The notes under the pieces were generated by a model. The model did no database searches. It was not told where the DNA came from and saw nothing but the letters and a program-made list of their open reading frames with translations. The translations under genes and the position numbers were made by a program. From Pecten maximus (Eukaryota), in the NCBI RefSeq assembly GCF_902652985.1, contig NC_047022.1, forward strand, positions 6,138,001 through 6,202,000: a DNA stretch of 64,000 nt. The letters are read 5' to 3'. Each line of letters begins with the position of its first letter. Position 1 is the stretch's first letter. Shown piece after piece: positions 39,993-51,693 of the stretch.

Positions 39993-41198
39993 CTCTTGCC
40001 TCTGTGCTTCGGGCATGTACTGCACCCTGAACCGACGTTCTGTCCGAGATAGGTTTGCGTGGAGTTATCCTCTCCTGTTTGGTGTTCATTTCCTGTCTGC
40101 CCGTCTGTTCATCTTCTGGTTCCTCCATCCTGGTGTGGGCGCACTCTAGAGGAGGTCGCAGGTGAGTTAATTCCAGGTTCTTCTTTGACCTTAACTCTTG
40201 ACCTTTGACTTTTATCCTCATCATCTGATGAATCGTCTAACTTCCTCTTCTTTTTTCCTGTTTTTTGCGATTCCTCAACTATTTCTACTATACCTTTTGT
40301 CTGCTGAACTTTACGACCCGAGAGTGACCTATTTTTTCCTTTACCTGTCCATTTTGTCCCAGAATCTGAATCTGAGTCAGAAACTCTCACCTCATGACCT
40401 TTACTTGACACTGACCTTTGACCTCTGTTGCTCTCGGTCTCAGATTCGGAGTCCATTATGACGACTTCTTCATCTCTGTCTTTTTTCAAACCTCTGTTGG
40501 AACTTACTGATTCTTTCACAACACCTTTACGACTTGACCAATCGAACGGGTCATCCTCATTTTGAACTTCATCGCGTTTTCTTTTAGATTTTCTAGTAAA
40601 ACCGTAGTCCTCATCTGAATCATCCTCAATAATTTGTCTCTTTCCGGGTCGAGACTTTGGTTCTTGCACGGCTTTCTCTTTTTTAACAACAATGTCCATT
40701 GTGTTGTTTTTAGAGCTTTTGGGGCTACATTTACCCCCTTTCTTTGCAAAAGGTCCCTGTGATGTTGAGGTATCTGTCACAATTTCACGAACAGGAGACG
40801 ATTGAAGATTTAACCTTTTGGAAACTGGTGATACCGGTGACCTTGACCTGAGATTTAAAGATTCACCTTTATCAGGAGCTGGAGATGGTGACCTTGACCT
40901 TGGACTTCTTCTGGTTGGTGATAATTTTGATTTCACTGGTTTCTTTTTAGGAGAAGGTGACGCTGCTATTTCAATTGAATTATGCAATCTGTCTGTTAGC
41001 GAACTTTGACTTTTTGGTTCAGAAGTCATGGAAGTGTCACTTTGACCTATTGATTTAGAAGTTGTGGCTGTGTCTCTGTGACCTTGACCCGACACCCTTG
41101 TTCTTGGAGACTCTTTGGCTTTTACACTGAGTGGAGCAGGCGAAGATTTATGATGTACAGAACTTGATGGTGGAGTTGTATTCTCTTGTTTCACTCTC
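39993..41198 (-). CDS. NBN: Nibrin exon 10 (large disordered S/K/R/D/E-rich exon); 3' boundary unresolved
   Basis: The acceptor aaaacag|G (phase 2) joins exon 9 in frame to the 361-aa ORF. That frame stops at 40109-40111, before the best-looking donor at 39992 (see findings). Confidence 0.7.
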
Positions 41199-41814
41199 CT
41201 GTTTTGAAAAGCAATAAATGCATGTAAATTGGATCATCAATGAAGTATTCATGTAGGATAAAGGAACTAAAATTCTCAAATTTTAGAGATAATATATAAA
41301 AAAAAATCTTTATTAGAAGGGCTATAAAGAGGCTCATATAGATGTACATCATTGAGAACTTTAGCCTTTAGGGCAGGTTCACTGGATATATATACACATA
41401 GAATTTGAATTTGAATCATTTTGGAAACATATTAAGATAATTATGTCAACTTACCAGGTAGATTTATTCCCTTGATGGCTAGGCTAGAAGTCAAGAGTAC
41501 AATAAAAACTAATTTCATCTTATGTTCTAACATATTTGGATTAACATTAAAATCAGCCCATGGCCTCCATACGACCTCAGCTGTGGTGGGGGAGGGGATA
41601 GGGTGTTGTCATCTGTGGTTCTGGGTAAATTCTCTTTCCCTTTCATCTTGGTCAACTTCAGTGATCAACTTAATTCAAAACAACTTATCTAGCATTTCTT
41701 TTGGAAATAGATCAGATTCCAGACTTTTGGCTTTGATTTTCTTTCTGTTCTTAGGGGTCAGAATCCGTAAAAATACTTCTGCCAGATTCATATACACAAT
41801 CCTAATATATATTC

Positions 41815-41966
41815 TCTGCCCCACCCGAAACCTACGTGGGGCAGTTGCCAGGTACTGACTGTAGGCCGGTGGTTTTTTTCTCCGGCTTTCATCCACCTCC
41901 AAAACCTGGCATGTCCTTAAATTACCATGGCTGTTAATAGGACGTTAAACAAAAACAAACCAAACC
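41815..41966 (+). mobile_element. SINE 3' fragment (V-domain-like) with the same LINE-derived tail
   Basis: GGTGGTTTT…CTCCGGCTTTC; tail GTCCTTAAATTACCATGGCTGTTAATAGGACGTTAAAC followed by (AAAC)n. Confidence 0.65.
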
Positions 41967-42046
41967 CGAATGATTTTCCTCCTGTATGACAATTTCTGTC
42001 AGCTGTGAGGGAGATCCATGAACCATACATTCCATTATAAACTTAC

Positions 42047-42113
42047 TGTGTCTGAGTGAACACAGGGGCCTGTGACAGAGACTGGCTGGGGAGTCGGGAC
42101 ACCATCTGACTCG
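42047..42113 (-). CDS. NBN: Nibrin exon 9 (67 nt, SQ/TQ cluster)
   Basis: tttgacag|(A)SQMVSRLPSQSLSQAPVFTQT(Q)|gtaagt. Phase 1 in and phase 2 out bridge exons 8 and 10 exactly. Confidence 0.8.
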
Positions 42114-42944
42114 CTGTCAAACAAAGATACATAAGAAACCAGCTTTACTAAGAACAAAAATATCTTTAAAAAAGATAAATGGCACAGTTTTGATGCTGGT
42201 GGTTATAATGTAAAACTGCTGGTGAAATAAATCAACGCACTAATGCATTTCAACACGGATAACAAAATGATATCAGTTTGAATCATTTCTGGTGATAAGA
42301 CTGCATTTGAATCAGTAATATAATTTTATCAATGTGTCATTTAAAAAGATACATTCACTTATTCAGCTTGCATTCCATCTTAACTCTGTTTCGTTTTAAA
42401 CTGCATATCTGCATTTTGAATTGACCACTACATTGACCAATCACATATTTTATCTTGACCAGTAACGCCACCTGTCGCATTATATGGGGCCAAAAGAATA
42501 TACGGCTACGCCGAAAATATAAAACCAAGGTATATTATAATGTAATCTTTTATAATTAAAGGAAAGGATATAACTATGGGGTGTATTTATCATTATTTTC
42601 ATATTATATTGTTAAACATCCTAAATACATTAATAATTGAAATATCGAAGTCTTATGATAAGATCAGATCAAGGGGCTTGCAATACACATCTTACCAAAG
42701 TGTATACCACAGGGACCTGTCACATACACTGGGGCTTGTGACAAAATTAATACTGAAGTTAACATAGAGACTTGTGACACACAACTTATCAATGCATGCA
42801 CAGAGATTGGGGATATTTTAAGTATTAGTTAGCACAGGGACTTGTGACATACTGATAACCAAAGTTTACATCAGGTCTGTGACAAATTACATGCAAAATT
42901 CTACATGGGGGGTTTGTGACAAACTTCTTACCAAAGATTAAACA

Positions 42945-45686
42945 GGGGTCTTTTGCACACTTACCATGTCTACACAGGGGTCTGTTACACACTTACCAAA
43001 GTCTACACAGGGGTCTGTTACACACTTACTAAATTCTACACAGGGGTCTGTTACACACTTACTAAATTCTACACAGGGGTCTGTTACACACTTACTAAAC
43101 TCTACACAGGGGTCTGTTACACACTTACTAAATTCTACACAGGGGTCTGTTACACACTTACTAAACTCTACACAGGGGTCTGTTACACTTACTCAAGTCT
43201 ACACAGGGGTCTGTTACACACTAAAGTCTACACAGGGGTCTGTTACACACTTACCACAGTCTACACAGGGGTCTGTTACACACTTACTAAAGTCTACACA
43301 GGGGTCTGTTACACACTTACTAAAGTCTACACGGGGGTCTGTTACACACTAAAGTCTACACAGGGGTCTGTTACACACTAAAGTCTACACAGGGGTCTGT
43401 AACACACTTACTCAAGTCTACACAGGGGTCTGTTACACACTAAAGTCTACACAGGGGTCTGTTACACACTTACCAAGTCTACACTGGGGTCTGTTACACA
43501 CTTACTCAAGTCTACACAGGGGTCTGTAACACACTAAAGTCTACACAGGGGTCTGTTACACACTTACTAAAGTCTACACAGGGGTCTGTTACACACTTAC
43601 TCAAGTCTACACAGGGGTCTGTTACACACTTACTAAAGTCTACACTGGGGTCTGTTACACTTACTCAAGTCTACACAGGGGTCTGTTACACACTAAAGTC
43701 TACACAGGGGTCTGTTACACACTTACCACAGTCTACACAGGGGTCTGTTACACACTTACTAAAGTCTACACAGGGGTCTGTTACACACTTACTAAAGTCT
43801 ACACGGGGTCTGTTACACACTAAAGTCTACACAGGGGTCTGTTACACACTAAAGTCTACACAGGGGTCTGTAACACACTAAAGTCTACACAGGGGTCTGT
43901 TACACACTTACTAAAGTCTACACAGGGGTCTGTTACACACTTACTCAAGTCTACACAGGGGTCTGTTACACACTTACTAAAGTCTACACGGGGGTCTGTT
44001 ACACACTTACTAAAGTCTACACGGGGGTCTGTTACACACTAAAGTCTACACAGGGGTCTGTTACACACTTACTAAAGTCTACACAGGGGTCGGTTACACA
44101 CTCACTAAAGTCTACACAGGGGTCTGTTACACACTAAAGTCTACACAGGGGTCTGTTACACACTAAAGTCTACACAGGGGTCTGTTACACACTTACTAAA
44201 GTCTACACAGGGGTCTGTTACACACTTACCAAAGTCTACACAGGGGTCTGTTACACACTTACTCAAGTCTACACAGGGGTCTGTTACACACTTACTAAAG
44301 TCTACACGGGGGTCTGTTACACACTAAAGTCTACACAGGGGTCTGTTACACACTTACTAAAGTCTACACAGGGGTCTGTTACACACTAAAGTCTACACAG
44401 GGGTCTGTTACACACTTACTAAAGTCTACATAGGGGTCTGTTACACACTTACTAAAGTCTACACAGGGGTCTGTTACACACTTACTAAAGTCTACACAGG
44501 GGTCTGTTACACACTTAAGTCTACACAGGGGTCTGTTACACACTAAAGTCTAACACAGGGGTCTGTTACACACTTACTAAGTCTACCACAGGGGTCTGTA
44601 CCCTTAAAGTCAACACAGGGGTCTGTTACACACTTAAGTCTACACAGGGGTCTGTTAACACACTTACTCAGTACACAGGGGTCTGTTACACTTACTCAAG
44701 TCTACACAGGGGTCTGTTACACACTTACTAAATTCTATACAGGGGTCTGTTACACACTAAAGTCTACACAGGGGTCTGTTTTACACACCAAAGTCTACAC
44801 CGGGGTGTGTTACACACTTACTCAAGTCTACACAGGGGTCTGTTACACACTAAAGTCTACACAGGGGTCTGTTACACACTTACCAAAGTCTACACAGGGG
44901 TCTGTTACACACTTACCAAAGTCGACACAGGGGTCTGTTACACACTCAAGTCGACACAGGGGTCTGTTACACACTAAAGTCGACACAGGGGTCTGTTACA
45001 CACTTACCAAAGTCTACACAGGGGTCTGTTACACACTCAAGTCGACACAGGGGTCTGTTACACACTAAAGTCGACACAGGAGTCTGTTACACACTTACTC
45101 AAGTCTACACAGGGGTCTGTTACACACTTACCACAGTCTACACAGGGGTCTGTTACACACTAAAGTCTACACAGGGGTCTGTTACACACTTACTAAAGTC
45201 TACACAGGGGTCTGTTACACACTTACTAAGTCTACACAGGGGTCTGTAACACACTTACTAAAGTCTACACAGGGGTCTGTTACACACTTACTAAAGTCTA
45301 CACAGGGGTCTGTTACACACTTACTAAAGTCTACACAGGGGTCTGTTACACACTAAAGTCTACACAGGGGTCTGTTACACACTAAGTCTACACAGGGGTC
45401 TGTTACACACTTACTAAAGTCTACACAGGGGTCTGTTACACACTAAAGTCTACACAGGGGTATGTTACACACTTACTAAAGTCTACACAGGGGTCTGTTA
45501 CACACTTACCACAGTCTACACAGGGGTCTGTTACACACTTACCAAAGTCTACACAGGGGTCTGTTACACACTTACTAAAGTTTACACAGGGGATTGTTAC
45601 ACACTAAAGTCTACACAGGGGTCTGTTACACACTTACTAAAGTCTACACAGGGGTCTGTTACACACTTACCAAAGTCGACACAGGG
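42945..45686. repeat. 33/29-bp minisatellite (about 85 units) filling NBN intron 8 and overlapping exon 8
   Basis: Unit ACACAGGGGTCTGTTACACACTTACTAAAGTCT; the short variant lacks TTAC. Diverged copies continue to about 42670. Confidence 0.97.
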
Positions 45687-45762
45687 ATTACAGTATTGTT
45701 CTGTATCACAATGTAACACAGCCAATCCCAGCTCAGCATCCTGACTCATGTGTCTTTTATGC
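45671..45762 (-). CDS. NBN: Nibrin exon 8 (end of BRCT2)
   Basis: (R)HKRHMSQDAELGLAVLHCDTEQYCNPCVDF (human EAEIGLAVIFMTTKNYCDP); phase 2/1. Confidence 0.9.
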
Positions 45763-46443
45763 CTGAAATTAAGACATTTCCTAATACATAAAAGACTGTC
45801 TGAGAGTGACAGTGGCAATGTTGCATCTTAAACATTTCTCCCTGAAATGCTGCCTTATGAAAATGCCAAACCATGGCCAGTTGGTCAGCAAAAAGATTTT
45901 TGTTTTGTCAACCCAACTTTCAGTTGAAAACATTTTCATGGATGAAAGTGACCTTATTATTTTAATATTAAGTGTACTTGTTTTACACTTCTGTAAAACC
46001 AACATGAGCATATTAGGTCAAATTCGTTATCTTTAAATATTGCACTTGAATTATAACACAAATTCAAAAGTTGAAGTCTTAATCATAGTGAACTCTACAC
46101 CAGTAATTACATGATGCAGATACACTGTAAATATAACAAAGACATTGTTGATCACTTTTAAAGTTTAAATTTTCCACTTCTAACTAGCACACAGGGTATA
46201 AATTGATGAAGCAATACATTTCCTCTACTGGTTCCTGCTAAAAATAGTCAAAGTCAATCTTGACCAAAAACCCCGGAACTCAAATCTTGTCTGTGATATT
46301 ATGGTCCTTTATTATTGTGTGAAGTTTGATCAAAATACCTCAAGAAATGAAGCTGGTAGAGCGCTGACAAACTTTGGCGTTAGGTAGATATGTACAAGAT
46401 GGAGGGAAAGCCAACCTATAATCTCCCCAGTTTTAATACTCAC

Positions 46444-46634
46444 CTAGCAAGCGTCTTTTCCACATATTTGTACCATTCTTTCCACTGGCTTGACGTACCA
46501 CCATCAGGACCACAGTTCATGACGACTGTGTCTTTTTGTGTGAGGACAGCTTCCTCTCCCCGTTCCTCGGGGCAGGTCTCTATCAACAAAGGCATCCCAC
46601 CCCCCAGTTCTACTGCCAGACTCATCTTCTGGAA
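46444..46634 (-). CDS. NBN: Nibrin exon 7 (BRCT2)
   Basis: FQKMSLAVELGGGMPLLIE…TVVM…KTLA|gtgagt (human KKLSSAVVFGGG). Confidence 0.9.
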
Positions 46635-47531
46635 CTAATGGCAATGCAATAAAACTTTTATTAATCAAAAATGATCAATTTGATTTTTAAACTTAAATTG
46701 CCACTAATGATAGAACAAATTTTGATATCGACCATGGCCAATCAAAACAGTCGTTTCCATTCACCCCATCGAAATTCAACAATTTTCTAGTTCAGATACA
46801 AAGAGAGAATAAATATTTTTATTGGACTTTATACATGATTGTGGTTTTTATTCAGATTACATTTAAAAGCCCAAAATTGGAATTATTTTCATGTGGAGAA
46901 TATAAAGGCCATGCACATGTCTCGAGTAATTAGTAGTCTGCATGAATAGGTTAGATACATACAAATAAAATATCTGCATGAATAGGTTAGATATATACAT
47001 ACAAATAAAATAGTCACAGATTTTAGGAAAATGGGGAACAATCGGATAAATGAATTCACTCTTAACTGTTATGAATAAAATTAAAACTAGAAAATTAGAA
47101 GTATTTATAATAAGTACTTTTAAAAGACCAAGAGTTGAATTCAAGTATCAAGTCTAACATCTACATGTCATAATGTACATGTCTTGAGTAAGTAGTCTGA
47201 ATACACATATACATGTAAGATCCCAATTTCTCAGTATTGTAAAAATAGCATTTGCGCTAAACTAGATTCCAAATTTCCATCAGGATTAGAATTTAAAGCA
47301 TTATTGGTTACAGTAATATTTAGGGTACAGCAGCCTTTGTGATCACTCTTGCATGGTGGTGAATTTTTCAACTGGGGAAATTTGAGCAGAATTTCAGAAA
47401 ATACACAACTGGTTTTCAATTGGGAATACGCTTAAGTGCCGGAACCTACACACACCTGACAAAATCCCTGATAATCTCTTTATTATGGTAAAATGTCTAT
47501 GAAATGGAATCTTAATGATTCAACACTATAC

Positions 47532-47649
47532 CTGCTTTTGCTGGAGAAAGATGAATGTTTTTCCTTGGAAAATTGTCTTGCGACGAGGATCGTTTGTGAA
47601 ACTAACTTCAGTGGGATCGACTTGAGATTCTGATACAGTAGGCAGGTAA
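47532..47649 (-). CDS. NBN: Nibrin exon 6
   Basis: YLPTVSESQVDPTEVSFTNDPRRKTIFQGKTFIFLQQKQ (human RKQIFKGKTFIFL); 118 nt. Confidence 0.93.
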
Positions 47650-48215
47650 CTATAGCAACCAAAAACAGATATCAATCAAACATACATGCAGCTAGGGCAA
47701 CAATATTTTACAAGCAGTGCAGGTATCTATAGCAATATGAAGGGCACACAAGTGCTGAAGTGTTAATTTCTGGAAAAACCATTGATTCCAATACTAAATT
47801 AATATCCGGAAAATCCCAAAAAATATCTTTTCTCTTTTTTTTTATAACAAAATACTTTGATAACCAAATTGTTTAATCTGGAGAGTTTTTTTCGTGAAGA
47901 TTAAAAGATTTTTTAATCGTACAATGAGCAATATCCTAATTTTGATGTAGGCTAGTTATAAAGAATTCATCCTTTTTTGTTTTTTATTTTGATGGCAGGG
48001 TGGACTCAAAAGTTCACGCCCTAAAATTTTAATGCTAAAAAGTTTAATTTCGGTAAATGAAAAAAAAAAGATTTTCATCCACTGTACCCGAAGAAATAAT
48101 CTCTTTCCAAAGTACCCTTAAAAAGAATGGAAACAGATGAAGAACAGCACAGGGTAGGGACTTATTTGCTGCTTAATACAGTACGTATATATGTTAATAT
48201 CTTAATAGAAATTAC

Positions 48216-48319
48216 CTCTCAGGATTCGGCTGTTCTTTACTGTTCTCCAGTGATCGCAGATAGGCGTCCAAAAAATCAGGGGAGACAATCGGTTTAGTGG
48301 ACACCATGGCACACACCAC
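48216..48319 (-). CDS. NBN: Nibrin exon 5
   Basis: VVCAMVSTKPIVSPDFLDAYLRSLENSKEQPNPE; 104 nt, ag/gt. Confidence 0.92.
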
Positions 48320-48761
48320 CTATCATACATACGTAAAATACCTAATGTATTGATGATATCATACTGAGTAAGTAAAGAAAAAACCAATAAACAGACAAAA
48401 TAGTATACATTATAAACCATCTGATATGCAAATAATGTACATGCAATGTCTATTGGTCCTGAATTCATACCAGGGGCCTGGCCATTTATGAGGACAAACT
48501 GGTTTAATTTTTAAATGCAATATTTCAAACATATATCTTGAAGAACTTGCAAATGATAACACAGGCCTTGGAAGTCTTTGCCAAGGCTCAACTGAAAACA
48601 ATATAAAATCATCAGGTCCGTCTTCATTTCATAAATGAACAACACCGGTCTAAGGTGGTCTAACCGTTTTGACCGCAAAAACAAAAACAGCCCAGAACTT
48701 CCAGCAGACCTTCAAGAGATCCAACTCTTTGGTTGGAAGAGACATGTCTATTAGAAAAAAT

Positions 48762-48869
48762 CACAGGGGCTTGGCACGATTTTCCAAATGATAGTCCATA
48801 TATATATGTATAGTATCATACATATATATATATAGACTATCATTTGGAAAATCGTGCCAAGCCCCTGTG
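48762..48869. mobile_element. Palindromic mini-MITE, copy 2 (NBN intron 4)
   Basis: Near-perfect 108-bp hairpin CACAGGGGCTTGGCACGATTTTCCAAATGATAGTC…GACTATCATTTGGAAAATCGTGCCAAGCCCCTGTG. Confidence 0.8.
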
Positions 48870-49114
48870 GAAAAAATGTTTTGACTCTTCAGATTTCTGA
48901 GTAATAATTATTTGACTTCCAAAATTGCTCGGAATCAAGGGTCAAATGGATGTCCTGTCATACAACTGTGACTTTCAAGATAAATCCAGATCTCTCTCAT
49001 TTCCTATTGAAAACTATCTATTTACATTTCAACAAATATATAAATCGTTAATTTTTTTTCACATGCGATTAATAAGTAGGACAATTAAAGTGAGAGTATA
49101 AAGAAGATGTGTAC

Positions 49115-49274
49115 CTTTATTGTGACGCTGATGGAAGTCATGACAAGGTGAGTGCAATGCCGTGACCAGTCCGCTATGATGTGACCACCCAACCGCATCA
49201 CTGCTTGGCGAACCTGCTTCTTCAACGAAGGACTCAGACAGGAAGTGGAAACTATGAATGGCTCGTACACAGCT
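49115..49274 (-). CDS. NBN: Nibrin exon 4 (BRCT1)
   Basis: AVYEPFIVSTSCL…LGGHIIADWSRHCTHLVMTSISVTIK; 160 nt. Confidence 0.95.
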
Positions 49275-50090
49275 CTACCAGAAAGATTAAGTAAATAAAC
49301 CATTGTAAATAAGTTGTGCTTCAAATTTGCGATAACTGACACCTAAATACCCTTGAACATGTAAATATGAATTTAAGCATTAAGTTTTTAATGTTTTTTG
49401 ATAAAAGTTCACATAAATCATATTTATGGAATATGTCAAAAAAATATTTGACAATAGATTCCAAAGGGTTTATTGTCAGTACTGCATGTTTTTATGATGG
49501 AAATTGACAAAATAACATAGATACTTGTTTCTAAAATAGTTTAAAGTACCCATGCAAGACTCAAGATACTTAAAACTCATTTGATATCATAAAGATGAAG
49601 CTGGCTTACTTAATTTTAGAGGAAGCTTTTTCATTCACCACATCTTCAGACTGAGACAATATCAATATTTCATAATTTCTAATTCCCTGACATTTTAACT
49701 GAATACATTTCAAAAACAAAATAAAAACAAAAACAAAAACAAAAAAAGAAACACACAAGAAACATTCATCTACATGTACAAGTCCCTCACCTCCAGCCAA
49801 AGTTAGGTGTCAAATAAAGGGCCACAACTCTGTATATAATTTGCTCTGAAACTCAGTTGATGAGTGTGGTCCATATGGCCATATATCAAAAAGTACTCAT
49901 ACACATATACATAATTAATTTTTGTACAGTTAACTGTATATAATTGATGCCACAGACAATGCCGCACTGTGAACAAAGGGCCGTAACACTGCATCAGATC
50001 CAGTCTTAGAACGCTTTTATTCATCTTTATGCAATTTGGTTTAAACAGGTCTGTGTAATAAATAGGTAGATGACCATCCCGGACACTCAC

Positions 50091-50233
50091 ATGAAAGCTG
50101 ACTTTGGTGAACCAAACATGACCTCGTCTCCATCCTTGACCGTTGTCTGACCTTGAACTTTGCTCGAGTTGAGCATCGTGCCATATTTAGAGAGATCCTT
50201 GATGAACAAGGTCGGCAGTAATGAAGGTTTGCT
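50091..50233 (-). CDS. NBN: Nibrin exon 3 (FHA)
   Basis: SKPSLLPTLFIKDLSKYGTMLN…KDGDEVMFG. Confidence 0.95.
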
Positions 50234-50424
50234 CTGAAATGAAACAAAAATTTCCCCATAATTTTATAAGATTACCAGGAAACCATGCAACACTTAGATG
50301 TAAGTGTAAGTAATATAAGATAGCAATGTTCATGTAAATGTTAACTTTATATATTTTACAACAATTGCGAAACAAGTTTTCAAATGAACAATTTATATAA
50401 ATATATATTAATCATGCTTTTTGG

Positions 50425-50521
50425 CCCGGATTGAAGTGTGCGAGGGGTTTTGCTGTTGGAGGAAACCCGAGTACCCGGAGAAAACCCACATGGTCAGGCA
50501 GTTGACCTCATAACCTTTCAC
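50425..50521 (-). mobile_element. V-SINE-like fragment
   Basis: GGAGGAAACCCGAGTACCCGGAGAAAACCCAC is the reverse complement of the V-domain core. Confidence 0.6.
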
Positions 50522-50592
50522 TACATTAACAGACCCTTGTAACTCACATTCACTAAATACACAGAAAAGATTTTCATATCTTAAAATATTAC

Positions 50593-50726
50593 CAGATTAA
50601 CCTCCGGATGGGTTACTGTCAGCTCGGCATGTTTACGACTGACGGCAGCGTCATTCTCCACAAGGATTTCACAGTCCTTCCGGCCCACAATGTAACTCTT
50701 TCCCACCAAGAGTACATGCTGCACAT
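50593..50726 (-). CDS. NBN: Nibrin exon 2 (FHA)
   Basis: VQHVLLVGKSYIVGRKDCEILVENDAAVSRKHAELTV with the FHA GR and SRxH motifs; 134 nt. Confidence 0.95.
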
Positions 50727-51622
50727 CTGAAAATTAGAGCAGCACACAAGAAAATGTCACACAAAGAGCATGTAATAGAATGTAAACAGTTGATTAATGA
50801 ATTAAGGAGCCTATATCATAGCAGCTTCAGGGAACGAGTTCCCAAGGTCTCTCCTGATGCTTGTACCTCCCGAGAACATTTTTATCCGTACCTGTTATGT
50901 ATATCTCTAGGGATTAGAAAAATGTAAATACTCATGCAATAATCAATTCAATTTAATTAATTTAACTACAAATATTAAAGTCGAAATGAGATGATTTTAT
51001 AAATAAATGATAAAATTTAATTATTGACCATTTAAGTTAAATTGAGATTACTTTAAGTAAATTGCTTCCAAATATGAATAGCACTTACTTCCATGTTACT
51101 ATAGCTACTGCAAAGTCACTAATTAAAGCGAGGGTCCATACGGACGGAATAAAACATCTAGATGGGACTAAATGGGTGTTCTGGGGTAAATAAATATCTC
51201 ATGATCATTTATCCATATATGTAAGGTAGGTGTTATGTCACACCCGATTTTATTGTATTTACACCAAATTCTTAGCGACACCAAACGGTGTCGGATAATT
51301 CCACGTTTTCATATAGCAGTGCGTTCTGGCCCTACACTACTCCAATAATATTAGAGGTTTACACGCCAGGAAACTTTTGACAGGCTGTCGCAATATCCAC
51401 CAATGTAATCAGGTGGAATAAGACCTCATATACGTATACACCAGACATGACAGGGCCAGAGAAAACTCGAGCTATAGGAACGCAAGCAGAAATACGCCGA
51501 TCTACCGATACATTACTGAATGACACACATTTTACTTCCACTAAATACTGGATATTACATGTAAACTGGCAAAGACAACACCTACAATTCCGTCAGAGTA
51601 ATTATCTTTAGAGATATTCTAC

Positions 51623-51653
51623 CTGGATTTGACAGAGAAGTTAGAAGCCACAT
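51623..51653 (-). CDS. NBN: Nibrin exon 1 (start)
   Basis: ATG TGG…: MWLLTSLSNP G|gtagaa. The MW start is typical of NBS1 and phase 1 fits exon 2. Confidence 0.88.
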
Positions 51654-51664
51654 CGTCCCGTGTT

Positions 51665-51693
51665 ATTTCCGGAAGTCCATGTACCCGCGAAAA
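51665..51693 (-). promoter_or_regulatory. Candidate NBN proximal elements: palindromic ETS core and E2F-like site
   Basis: ATTTCCGGAAGT (51665-51676) and TTTTCGCGGG on - (51684-51693), just upstream of the ATG. Motif match only. Confidence 0.35.

Noticed and set aside
40109-40111. TGA read-through or selenocysteine in NBN exon 10
   Set aside because: Read-through would exit the 39992 donor in phase 2, which is incompatible with the phase-0 conserved exon 12.
41575-41670. Purine-rich stretch as an extra NBN exon
   Set aside because: The candidate acceptors give an immediate stop in the required phase, and exon 9 already joins exon 10 in frame.
42953-45068. YTGVCYTLTK / STQGSVTH repeat ORFs, and a superficial CRISPR-like periodicity
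   Set aside because: Pure tandem minisatellite with no unique spacers and no cas genes, in a eukaryotic intron.
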